Source of the DNA: an uncultured delta proteobacterium
GTDB taxonomy: Bacteria; Myxococcota; Myxococcia; Myxococcales; Myxococcaceae
DNA length: 64,000 nt
Assembly (NCBI GenBank): GCA_963745475.1
Contig: CAVUXN010000004.1
Span: 96,001 to 160,000, forward strand
Direction of reading: 5' to 3'
Shown here: piece after piece, positions 52,265 to 61,243 of the stretch
Layout: every line of letters starts with the position of its first letter
Position numbering within the stretch: position 1 is the stretch's first letter
Program-made: the position numbers and the translations under genes
Notes under the pieces: generated by a model
What the model was told of the DNA's origin: nothing
Seen by the model: the letters and a program-made list of their open reading frames with translations, nothing else
Databases searched by the model: none

Positions 52265-53332
52265 ATGTTCTACCGCGAGGCAGGCCAGTTCCGGACAAGC
52301 TATCGCGCCGACCAGCGCATCTTCCCCATTGTCCAGGACCGGGTGGCCATGGGGGCGCTGCTGCTGGTGGCCTTCGTCGCCGTCCCCCTCTTCGGCAGTG
52401 AATACCTACTGAGCGCCTTGCTCATCCCCTGGCTGATTCTGTCCCTGGCGACGCTGGGGCTGAACATCCTCACCGGCTACGCGGGTCAACTCAGCCTGGG
52501 GACGGCGGGCTTCATGGCCGTCGGCGCCTTCTCTGCCTACAACTTCCAGCTCCGGGTTCCGCAGCTGCCGCTGTTGGTGGCCTTCATCCTCGCGGGTCTC
52601 TGCGCCGCGGTGGTGGGCGCAGCCTTCGGGCTTCCCTCCTTGCGCATCAAGGGGCTGTACCTGGCGGTGGCCACCTTGGCCTCGCAATTCTTCATCGAGT
52701 GGCTCTTCACTCGGGTTGGCTGGTTCAGCAACAACAGCCCGAGCGGGGTCATCAACGCCCAGGCCATGGTCATCGGGGGCGTCCCCTTCACCAGCCCGGC
52801 GCGCCGTTACCTCCTGGTGCTGAGTGTCGTCTGCGTCCTGGCCCTGGCCGCAAAAAACCTCGCCCGAAGCCGCGCCGGACGGGCCTGGATGGCGGTCCGG
52901 GACATGGACGTTGCGGCGGAAGTCATCGGCATCCCAATGCTGAGGACGAAGCTCTCCGCCTTCGCCGTGAGCTCCTTCTACTGCGGGGTGGCCGGTGCCC
53001 TGTGGGCCTTCGCTCACCTCCGTTCGGTCGAGCCCCAGGAATTCGACCTCAGCCGCTCCTTTCAGATTCTGACCATGGTCATTTTGGGAGGCATGGGAAG
53101 CGTGCTGGGGAGCTTTCTCGGCGCCGGCTTCATCATCCTCTTGCCCCTCTTCCTACAAAGCGCGATGCAGGGGGCCTTCGGGAGCTCCTTGCGCCCGGGA
53201 CTCGAGCCGAACATCGAACAATTCGTGTTCGGCTCGCTCATCATCTTCTTTCTCATCGTCGAGCCGCAGGGCTTGGCGCGACTGTGGCAAATCACTAAGG
53301 AAAAGCTGCGGCTGTGGCCGTTTCCCCATTGA
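52265..53332 (+). CDS. Liv-type ABC permease (LivM-like)
   Basis: GYAGQLSLG, GLYLAVAT, GRAWMAVRD. Confidence 0.93.
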   Translation: MFYREAGQFRTSYRADQRIFPIVQDRVAMGALLLVAFVAVPLFGSEYLLSALLIPWLILSLATLGLNILTGYAGQLSLGTAGFMAVGAFSAYNFQLRVPQLPLLVAFILAGLCAAVVGAAFGLPSLRIKGLYLAVATLASQFFIEWLFTRVGWFSNNSPSGVINAQAMVIGGVPFTSPARRYLLVLSVVCVLALAAKNLARSRAGRAWMAVRDMDVAAEVIGIPMLRTKLSAFAVSSFYCGVAGALWAFAHLRSVEPQEFDLSRSFQILTMVILGGMGSVLGSFLGAGFIILLPLFLQSAMQGAFGSSLRPGLEPNIEQFVFGSLIIFFLIVEPQGLARLWQITKEKLRLWPFPH

Positions 53333-53358
53333 GCTTCGAAAGAAGGAGAGGTCCGCAC

Positions 53359-54699
53359 ATGCAACGTCTCATCCAGACGGCAACCGGTGCCGCCATCGCG
53401 CTGGCTGTGGCCTTCGCCGCACCAGCGAGCGCCCAGGGTACGCCAGTGCCCAACGAGCAGTTCATCCCCATCGTCAGCTACCGGGTGGGTCCCTACGCCG
53501 CCGCCGGAACCAGCGTCTTCGGCGGGTTCATCGACTACCTGAATTTGGTGAACACCCGGGACGGGGGCATCAACGGCGTCAAGATTACTTGGGAAGAGTG
53601 CGAGAGCAGCTACACCGTGGACAAGGGCGTGCCCTGCTACGAGAAGCTCAAGGGCCACCCGCCGACCGGCGCGTCGATGTTTACCTTCTACAGCACCGCC
53701 ATCACCTATGCGGTGCTGGACCGGGCCGGCGCGGACAAGGTGCCGCTGGTGTCCATCGTCCACGGCCGTACCGACGCCTCCGATGGGCGCGTCTTTCCCT
53801 ATGTCTTCCCGCTGGTCACCAACTACTGGAGCCAGGACACGGACATCATCAAGTTCATCGGCATGCGCCTCGGCGGCATGGACAAGCTGAAGGGGAAGAA
53901 AATTGTCCACCTCTACCTGGACGTGGCCTACGGCAAGGAGCCGAACGAGATTTTCATGAAGCAGGCCGCCATGTACGGCTTCGAGGGAAAGCTGGTTCCG
54001 GTTCCGCCGCCGGGAACGGACCAACAGTCGCAGTGGCTCGAGATTCGCCAGTTTGCGCCAGACTACGTCGTGGTCACCGGCTACGGGGTCATGAATCCCG
54101 CGATGCTCAAAGCCGCCGCCCGGGCGAACTACCCCCGCGACCACATCATCGGTAATTTCTGGACTGGCTCCGAGGAAGACACCATCCCCGCCGGTGAGGC
54201 CGCGGTGAACTACATTTCGGCGCTGGTCAATCCGGCCGGGACCGACTTCAAAGTCGTCCAGGAAATCGAGAAGTACGTCTACGCCAAGGGCCTGGGGAAC
54301 ATGACCGACAAGAGCCGGATTGGCAGCGTTCTGTACAACCGCGGAATCATGACGGGCATCATCAGCGTCGAGGCCATTCGAACGGCGCAAGGCAAGTATG
54401 GAAAGAAGCCGCTGACCGGCGAGCAAATCCGCTGGGGCCTCGAGAACCTCAACCTGGACGACAAGCGCATCGCCGAGCTCGGAGCCACTGGGCTCATCCA
54501 GCCCCTGAAAGTCACCTGCTCCGACCATGAGGGCGGCGGTGCCGTCAAGTTCCAGCAGTGGGATGGTCAGAAATGGAAGGTCATCAGCGACTGGATTCAG
54601 CCCGACCGGAAGCTGGTGCGGGAGATGGTCGAGGACTCCGCCGCGAAGTACGCCAAGGAGAAAGGCATCACCCCCCGCGACTGCACCAAAGGCGGGTGA
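53359..54699 (+). CDS. Liv-type ABC substrate-binding protein
   Basis: Signal peptide, GGING, PBP type 1 pattern; AAGGAG RBS. Confidence 0.92.
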   Translation: MQRLIQTATGAAIALAVAFAAPASAQGTPVPNEQFIPIVSYRVGPYAAAGTSVFGGFIDYLNLVNTRDGGINGVKITWEECESSYTVDKGVPCYEKLKGHPPTGASMFTFYSTAITYAVLDRAGADKVPLVSIVHGRTDASDGRVFPYVFPLVTNYWSQDTDIIKFIGMRLGGMDKLKGKKIVHLYLDVAYGKEPNEIFMKQAAMYGFEGKLVPVPPPGTDQQSQWLEIRQFAPDYVVVTGYGVMNPAMLKAAARANYPRDHIIGNFWTGSEEDTIPAGEAAVNYISALVNPAGTDFKVVQEIEKYVYAKGLGNMTDKSRIGSVLYNRGIMTGIISVEAIRTAQGKYGKKPLTGEQIRWGLENLNLDDKRIAELGATGLIQPLKVTCSDHEGGGAVKFQQWDGQKWKVISDWIQPDRKLVREMVEDSAAKYAKEKGITPRDCTKGG

Positions 54700-55547
54700 C
54701 GGAGGTGGCCCCGGGCCTGAGCGCCGCCCTGTCACCCGCGCCCGGGGCTCCTCTGCTCAGCGTCAACAACATCGAAGTCATCTATGACCATGTCATCCTA
54801 GTCCTCAAAGGGGTGTCGCTGGACGTGCCCAAGGGCGGAATTGTCGCCCTCCTAGGCGCGAATGGGGCTGGGAAAACCACCACCCTCAAGGCCATTTCCA
54901 ACCTCTTGCGTTCCGAGCGCGGTGAGGTGACGAAAGGAGCCATCACGCTCGACGGCCAGCAGGTGGACGGGCTCGACGCCTCTGAGCTGGTGCGCAGAGG
55001 CGTCATCCAGGTGATGGAGGGGCGGCACTGTTTCGCCCACCTCACGGTGGAGGAAAACCTACTCACCGGGGCCTACACCCAGCGGCTGGGCCGTTCCAGG
55101 CTTCGCTCGGACTTGGACCGGGTTTATGGCTACTTTCCAAGACTGAAGGACAAGCGAAAGACGCTCGCCGGCTACGCCTCGGGAGGAGAGCAGCAGATGA
55201 CGGCCGTCGGCCGGGCGCTCATGGCCAAGCCGCGGATGATTTTGCTCGACGAGCCCTCCATGGGACTTGCGCCGCAGATGGCGGAGGAGATTCTGACGAT
55301 TGTTCGCCGCCTCAACCAAGAGGAGTCGGTGAGCTTCCTCCTCGCCGAGCAGAATGCCGCCGCCGCTTTGCGCTTCGCCCACCGTGGCTACATTCTGGAA
55401 AACGGCCGGGTGGTGATGGAGGGCAACGCCACAGAGCTGGCCGACAACGAGGACGTCAAGGAGTTTTACCTCGGCCTCGGAAGCAGTGGCCGCAAAAGCT
55501 TCCGCGAAGCGAAGCACTACCGGCGACGCAAGCGCTGGCTGGCCTGA
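54696..55547 (+). CDS. Liv-type ABC ATPase (LivF-like)
   Basis: GANGAGKT, SGGEQQM, DEPSMGLAP; GTGA overlap. Confidence 0.93.
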   Translation: MTEVAPGLSAALSPAPGAPLLSVNNIEVIYDHVILVLKGVSLDVPKGGIVALLGANGAGKTTTLKAISNLLRSERGEVTKGAITLDGQQVDGLDASELVRRGVIQVMEGRHCFAHLTVEENLLTGAYTQRLGRSRLRSDLDRVYGYFPRLKDKRKTLAGYASGGEQQMTAVGRALMAKPRMILLDEPSMGLAPQMAEEILTIVRRLNQEESVSFLLAEQNAAAALRFAHRGYILENGRVVMEGNATELADNEDVKEFYLGLGSSGRKSFREAKHYRRRKRWLA

Positions 55548-55564
55548 AGGCCAAGGAGCGAGGC

Positions 55565-56797
55565 GTGCCCTTCCACGACACACTGGAAACGCGGAGCCCC
55601 GAGGAGCGAGAGCGCGATTTGTTTCGCGCCCTTCCTTCGTTGCTCACCCGCGCCCGCGCCTCGGTGCCCGCGTTCCGCACGGTTTACGGCGATGTGGAAC
55701 CCTCCGCGGTCAACTCCCGCCAAGCCTTGGCCGCGCTCCCGGTGTTTCGAAAAACCGGACTCGCCGCGCTGCAGAAGCACTCTCCGCCCTTTGGGGGACT
55801 GGCGGCGGAAGGCGCTCAGCTGGCTCGACTCTTCACCTCGCCGGGGGCGATTTACGAGCCCGAAGGACGTCGCCCGGACTACTGGCGCATTGCCCGGGCA
55901 CTGTTCGCCGCCGGCATCCGGGCCGAGGACGTCGTCCACTGCAGCTTCAGCTACCACCTCACGCCGGCAGGCTCGATGGTGGAAACGGCGGCGCACGCCC
56001 TGGGCTGTGCCGTCATTCCCGGCGGCACGGCTCCCGTCGAGCACCAGCTCGCAGCAATGGCGCACTTCGGGGCCACCGCCTACGGCGGGACGCCGTCCTT
56101 CCTCAAAGTGCTTCTGGAGAAGGCGGCCGAAGGCGGCGTCGACGTCTCGCGGCTGAAGCGGGCCTCCGTGTCCGCCGAGCCCTTCCCCGCCTCGCTGCGG
56201 ACGCTTTTCGCTGAACGCGGAGTGCTCGGCCTGCAGTGGTACGCCACCGCCGACGTGGGTCTCATCGCTTACGAATCCGAGCGCGGCGAAGGACTCATTC
56301 TCGACGAGTCCGTCATTGTGGAGATTGTGCGCCCGGGGACGAATACGCCTCTCCCAGACACTGAGGTGGGGGAGGTGGTGGTGACGGTGCTCAACCCGGA
56401 CTACCCCTTGGTTCGCTTCGGGACGGGAGACCTCTCGGCCGTCCTCCCCGGGGCGAGCCCCTGCGGACGGACGAATGTCCGGCTGCGCGGCTGGCTTGGA
56501 CGCGCGGACCAGCGCACCAAGGTGAAGGGCCTCTTCGTCGACCCAAGCCAGGTGGCGGACGTCTGCCAGCGCCACCCGGAGGTGAAGCGGGCGCGGCTGG
56601 TGGTGACACGGGGCGACGAGCTCGACCGCATGACGTTGCGTTGCGAGGTGGAGTCCGGGGGGGCGGCTGGCCTCGCGGAGGCCATTACTCGGACGCTGCG
56701 AGAGGTGACGCAGCTCAAAGGCGTGGTGGAGCTCGTTGCCCCAAGCACCCTTCCCAACGATGGGAAGGTGGTGGAGGACACACGCACGTACAGCTAG
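55565..56797 (+). CDS. Phenylacetate-CoA ligase family protein
   Basis: GTPSFL, YATAD, RFGTGDL, GRAD, KVKG. Confidence 0.85.
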   Translation: MPFHDTLETRSPEERERDLFRALPSLLTRARASVPAFRTVYGDVEPSAVNSRQALAALPVFRKTGLAALQKHSPPFGGLAAEGAQLARLFTSPGAIYEPEGRRPDYWRIARALFAAGIRAEDVVHCSFSYHLTPAGSMVETAAHALGCAVIPGGTAPVEHQLAAMAHFGATAYGGTPSFLKVLLEKAAEGGVDVSRLKRASVSAEPFPASLRTLFAERGVLGLQWYATADVGLIAYESERGEGLILDESVIVEIVRPGTNTPLPDTEVGEVVVTVLNPDYPLVRFGTGDLSAVLPGASPCGRTNVRLRGWLGRADQRTKVKGLFVDPSQVADVCQRHPEVKRARLVVTRGDELDRMTLRCEVESGGAAGLAEAITRTLREVTQLKGVVELVAPSTLPNDGKVVEDTRTYS

Positions 56798-56821
56798 CTG
56801 CGCCGCGAGCCCCCCGAGGCT

Positions 56822-57508
56822 TCAGCCCGCCTCCGGACGCTGTCGCGTCTTCTGCCAGGCGAAGTAGCTCCATACCGCCGGCCCCAGCGTCGCCAGAAGC
56901 GTCACTGCAACAGCCACTCGGAGGGCCCGTGGGGCCGGCAGAAGCAGCGCCAACGGCAGGAGGAGGAAACCCCCACCCACCATGAGGCTGGCCGCGAGCC
57001 GGTGGGTGCGACGCCACACCTCGTCCGAGGCCAGCGTCCACGGCGTCCGGATGCCGACAAACCAATTTGGCCGGAGCCGCCCCATGAAGTTGCCGGGCAG
57101 AAGCAGAAGGAGCGCCAGGCCAAGGGCGATGACGCGGTCCGGCCCGCTGACGACACCTGAGGCGGCGAGGAGAATGGCTGCGTGCAGGAGCACCAGGGCC
57201 ACCAGGACGAGATGGATGACCGTCCAGTACGAGCCCTCGGCGTCGCCCGGGCCTGCGTCCGGCAGCTCGCTCCGGGGGCGTTCCGCGCGCCGCGGGTCGA
57301 TGCGCGAGAGGACGAGGAGGAGTGCCCAAATGGCCGCGATGCCCAAAGGCCCGAAGAGGACGAGCTCGAGCTGGCTGCCTTGGCGGTCCACGTGCCCAGC
57401 GAGGTTCCAGTGGACGGGCACGCGCTCCGGGAGCAGCCGGTACACCACTGCCGAGAGGACGGCATCCGCTGCGAGCGCGAGGGCGGCCAGTGTCCGCGTT
57501 GCCTTCAT
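56822..57508 (-). CDS. SdpI family immunity membrane protein (DUF1648 plus SdpI)
   Basis: VPVHWN and PNWFVGIRTPWTLASDEVWRRTHR. Confidence 0.92.
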   Translation of the reverse strand: MKATRTLAALALAADAVLSAVVYRLLPERVPVHWNLAGHVDRQGSQLELVLFGPLGIAAIWALLLVLSRIDPRRAERPRSELPDAGPGDAEGSYWTVIHLVLVALVLLHAAILLAASGVVSGPDRVIALGLALLLLLPGNFMGRLRPNWFVGIRTPWTLASDEVWRRTHRLAASLMVGGGFLLLPLALLLPAPRALRVAVAVTLLATLGPAVWSYFAWQKTRQRPEAG

Positions 57509-57777
57509 GGCGACTTCCTCCCATGCACGAGGCCCAGCAGCGTCCGCACGACGTCCTGCATGACGGTGGTGTCCAGCCCGTAGACGACGTTTTGCCCATC
57601 CCGACGCGCCGTCACCAGGCCCGCGCTGCGCAAGACGGCCAGATGCCGGGAGATGGAGGGCTGAGACATGGCGAAGTTGTCGACAATCTCCCCGACGGAC
57701 ATGTCGCGGCGCCCGAGGAGCCGGAGAATTTCGCGGCGGGTGGGGTCAGAGAGCGCCTTGAAGGCCGGGTCGCTCAC
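57505..57777 (-). CDS. SdpR-like ArsR family autorepressor
   Basis: FKALSDPTRREIL, SISRHL, YGLDTTV; ATGA overlap with sdpI. Confidence 0.9.
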   Translation of the reverse strand: MSDPAFKALSDPTRREILRLLGRRDMSVGEIVDNFAMSQPSISRHLAVLRSAGLVTARRDGQNVVYGLDTTVMQDVVRTLLGLVHGRKSP

Positions 57778-58590
57778 TTAGAGCCCGAGCACCGGGAAGA
57801 CGGTGTGGAGCCAGAGGTCCGTGCTCCCGTGAGCCAACATGGCGGACTCGAGACCGCGGCGCCGGAAGAGCCAACCAAAGACGAGGCCCACCAGGCCGTT
57901 GCCGACGAGGAGGTAGGCCACCCCCACGAAGTTGGGATGCATTCCCAGGGCGAACGCCGCCGGAAGGTGGAGCAGCCCGAAGCCGAGCGCGGCGGCGACA
58001 TTCGCTACCCAGAAACCCGTCGGTCGGCTCACCCCCAGTCTGTCGAGGAGGTAGGCGAAGACGGCGAGGAGTCCCCAGCGACAGAGAATTTCCTCCACCA
58101 GGGCCCCGTAGGCAGCCGCGGTAGCTGTCGTCCAGGGACTCATCCCGGGGAACTCTCCCACCCCGGACGGGAGCCGAGACTTCAAGGCCACAGAAAGGAG
58201 AAGGACGCAGGCCGCAGAAAGCGTCCCAGCGAGCACCGCGTCCGGCACCCGGCGAAAGAGCCGTCCGGCCACCTGTGCTCCGCCCAACCGCGCGCGGACG
58301 AGCGGTGCGTCAAGCCCCACCCGGGGCGCCGTCCAAACGCCCGCCGCGGCGGCCAGGCCGGCCAGGATGAGCACTTGGACGTCCTGCAGAAGGAGCACGA
58401 CGCCGAGCGGCAGAGGAACGTGCCGCCCGCCAAGCATCTCTTGCAAGACGCGCAGCAGAAAAGGGGTGGAGACGAGAAGGCCCAGCGTCGCCAGGCCGAC
58501 GAGTGCCGCCCACATCCGCAGAGGCGAGACTCTGCCGTCGGGCGCGGCCGACTCTCCGGGAAGCGAAGGAAAAGCCATGACGCTTGTCAT
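57778..58590 (-). CDS. CPBP (Abi/CAAX) intramembrane protease
   Basis: EEILCR, FGLLH, AMLAH motifs. Confidence 0.9.
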   Translation of the reverse strand: MTSVMAFPSLPGESAAPDGRVSPLRMWAALVGLATLGLLVSTPFLLRVLQEMLGGRHVPLPLGVVLLLQDVQVLILAGLAAAAGVWTAPRVGLDAPLVRARLGGAQVAGRLFRRVPDAVLAGTLSAACVLLLSVALKSRLPSGVGEFPGMSPWTTATAAAYGALVEEILCRWGLLAVFAYLLDRLGVSRPTGFWVANVAAALGFGLLHLPAAFALGMHPNFVGVAYLLVGNGLVGLVFGWLFRRRGLESAMLAHGSTDLWLHTVFPVLGL

Positions 58591-58598
58591 GACATGTG

Positions 58599-58620
58599 CA
58601 TATAGCTACTTAGCTATATG
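58599..58620. promoter_or_regulatory. Putative ArsR/SdpR operator
   Basis: Perfect inverted repeat CATATAGCTA-CT-TAGCTATATG just upstream of the CPBP start. Confidence 0.8.
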
Positions 58621-58640
58621 ACGTCAAGCCATGCCAGCGA

Positions 58641-60005
58641 CTACGGCTCGAAGGCCTCGGCTCCAGCGGGTTCGACCTCCTCCACCGAACTGGCCGTCTC
58701 GCCGCAGCGGTCGAGCGCCGCTTTGAAGAGGACGGGCCCCACCATCTCGTTCATCGCCACCGTGGCCACGGCCAGGGCTCCCAGCCCGGCACCGAAGGCC
58801 GGAAACTCCACCTGGACGTTGCTGGCGATGCCCAGGGCGAGCCCCGCCTGGGACACCAAGCCCGCCCACCCCCAGCGGCGAAGCGCGGGCGGGTCCTCCG
58901 CGAAATGGCTGGCGACGTGGCCTGCCACAAATGACGTCACGGCCCGGGCCCCCATGAAGAGCAAGGCCACCGGCCACAGCACCTTCAGGATGGGGAGGTC
59001 GAGGTGGGCCCCGGCGACGCCAAAGAAGACCACATAGACCACCTCCCCCATGGACTCGATGGAGGTGACGAACGTCTCACCCTGCTTCGAGAAATTCTGC
59101 ACCACGAAGCCGGCCGTCATGAAAATGAGCAGCCAATCGAAGGCGAGGTAGTCGAAGAGCTGGGTGAACACCAGCCCCAGAGCGATGAGCAGGATGCCCA
59201 AGCCCTTGGCGCCCACCAGCCGCAAGTACACGCTCAGGACCAACCCGAGCGTCGTCCCAACGGAGACACTGCCCAAAAGCTCGACGCCCAGTTCGTGAAA
59301 AGCGGCGAGAGAGAATTCGGCCCCCGGAATGATGAGCGGACGCGCGAACGTCATCACCACCGCCAGAAGCACCACCACCACCACATCCGACGTCATGACG
59401 AAATTGAGGGTGAAGCCCGCCAGCGGTCCTTTGGCCCGCGTCTGGGAGAGAATTCCCAGTGTCGCCGACGGGCTACGGGTGACAGCGATGACGCCCCACA
59501 GAAGCCCCACCCCCACCACTCCCATAAGCGGCATCCCCTTGAGAAAGGGGAGCAGCGGCCTCGCCAGGACGAAGACGACCGCCAGCACCACCATCACCAG
59601 GAGGTTTTGCCAGAGCGTCGCCCAGGCGAGACTTCGAAAGCCGCTCTTCAAGGCGGACATTCTGAGTTCGGCCCCGCCGGCGAGGGCGATGAGCGACAGC
59701 GCCAGCTGGTTCACCGGGAGCAAGTCCTCCACCGCGTTGTGGCTGACGAGTCCCAGGACGTAAGGGCCGGTCGCCACACCCGCCAAGAGGTAGCCCGTGA
59801 GGTGCGGAAGGCCCACCAACTCCAGGAGGTTGGCCAGCACCGTCCCGCCCATGAGGAGAATGCCCACCGAAGCGATGGTCCCCGCACCCGTCTGGAGGAC
59901 GGGGAACAGTTTGCGCCCCACCACCAGCAACGCCAAAAGGACGAGCACCACCAGGGCCTCGAGGAGGCGGTCTCCGAGCGGCCGTGGCGAGGCGCCTTCG
60001 CTCAT
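58641..60005 (-). CDS. Cation:proton antiporter family protein
   Basis: LPHLTGYLLAG, GGAEL, SPS, SD, QAG motifs; many TMs. Confidence 0.85.
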   Translation of the reverse strand: MSEGASPRPLGDRLLEALVVLVLLALLVVGRKLFPVLQTGAGTIASVGILLMGGTVLANLLELVGLPHLTGYLLAGVATGPYVLGLVSHNAVEDLLPVNQLALSLIALAGGAELRMSALKSGFRSLAWATLWQNLLVMVVLAVVFVLARPLLPFLKGMPLMGVVGVGLLWGVIAVTRSPSATLGILSQTRAKGPLAGFTLNFVMTSDVVVVVLLAVVMTFARPLIIPGAEFSLAAFHELGVELLGSVSVGTTLGLVLSVYLRLVGAKGLGILLIALGLVFTQLFDYLAFDWLLIFMTAGFVVQNFSKQGETFVTSIESMGEVVYVVFFGVAGAHLDLPILKVLWPVALLFMGARAVTSFVAGHVASHFAEDPPALRRWGWAGLVSQAGLALGIASNVQVEFPAFGAGLGALAVATVAMNEMVGPVLFKAALDRCGETASSVEEVEPAGAEAFEP

Positions 60006-61243
60006 GCGGAAGCTCCGACGACCTCACCACTTGGGGGCTCGGGGACGACCTCCCGCACCTCCCCGGCCTTCTGCAGCGCCCGGCGAAGGCTGGCGGGCCC
60101 CATGAGCTCACCCACCACCACGCTCAGCGTCGACGCGGCGAGAACCGACAGACCCACCAGGCCTGGGAAGCGAAGCGCAAAAGACAGCCCCACGCAGATG
60201 CTCAGCGTCCCGGAAGAGACGAGCCCTGCACCGAGCCATGGACCGGCCGGACGAGCCTCCGGCCAGACGGCCCACAGCCCAATCCCGGCCAGCGTCTTCA
60301 TGACGAGGCGGGCTGTCACCGCCACCGCCGCCAGCCATGGCACCACGCCGCCGGTGGGCGTCATGGCCCCGGCCAGAAAGAGAATGGGGAGAAGGACAAA
60401 TTGCTCAGAGAGGGCCGCTCGACGCACCCGGGCCCGGTGGCGGGACACGGACGCGAGCCCGAGTCCCAGCGCGAACGGCAGCGCCAGGAGAGAAAGACCG
60501 AGGCGCACGGAAAAACCAATCGCCACCAGCGTTACGCCGAGCAGGACGCCGCGAAAGACATTGAGGCGGAAGGTCCTGCCAATCATCATCGCCGCCGCCG
60601 CACCCAACACCCAACCCACCACCAGCTGTGCCGCGGCACCCCCGGACACGGGCAACGGTCCCCACACGGAAGGCACCGGCTGTAGCGCCACGGCCACCGC
60701 GGCCAATAGGACGGGAACCAAGTCGTCGCCCGCGGCGAGGTCGGCCAGCCTGTCGAAAAGCGGGCCCTTGGCGTTGCATCGCCGGGCGGCCCAACGGAAG
60801 ACGGAGCGCGTCGTCTCGCCGAGCGCGGCGCCGGTGCCGAGCACCAGCACCCAGCGTTGGGTTCCGGTCAGGCTCAGCGCGGACAGCCGAGGCACCCACG
60901 TCAGGCCGGCGAGGACGGCTCCCGACACCCCAGCCGCGCAAAACAGCGCAATACCAATCCCCCACAGTGCGCTGGCCGGCCTCATCCGCCGTCCGAGGAC
61001 TCGGCCGAAGACGAGTCCCGCGTCCATGGCCAGCCAGCCCACGCCCACCTGGGCCAATGGAATGAAGAGGTCCAAGCTGTCGCGGCTGACAAGGCCCAGG
61101 ACGGACGGGCCGACGACGAAGCCGAGCAACACCGTGCCCGCGCCCGATGCCAGCCCGCGGGCCCGCGCCTTCTGGCCCCCGATGACGAAGCCTCCGAGGT
61201 AGGAGGCAACCAGCAACAGGCCCAAAAACCCGAGCGCCGTCAT
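60002..61243 (-). CDS. Divergent cation:proton antiporter-like membrane protein
   Basis: GFVVGPSVLG, GDD, GELMGP; ATGA-coupled on both sides. Confidence 0.65.
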   Translation of the reverse strand: MTALGFLGLLLVASYLGGFVIGGQKARARGLASGAGTVLLGFVVGPSVLGLVSRDSLDLFIPLAQVGVGWLAMDAGLVFGRVLGRRMRPASALWGIGIALFCAAGVSGAVLAGLTWVPRLSALSLTGTQRWVLVLGTGAALGETTRSVFRWAARRCNAKGPLFDRLADLAAGDDLVPVLLAAVAVALQPVPSVWGPLPVSGGAAAQLVVGWVLGAAAAMMIGRTFRLNVFRGVLLGVTLVAIGFSVRLGLSLLALPFALGLGLASVSRHRARVRRAALSEQFVLLPILFLAGAMTPTGGVVPWLAAVAVTARLVMKTLAGIGLWAVWPEARPAGPWLGAGLVSSGTLSICVGLSFALRFPGLVGLSVLAASTLSVVVGELMGPASLRRALQKAGEVREVVPEPPSGEVVGASA

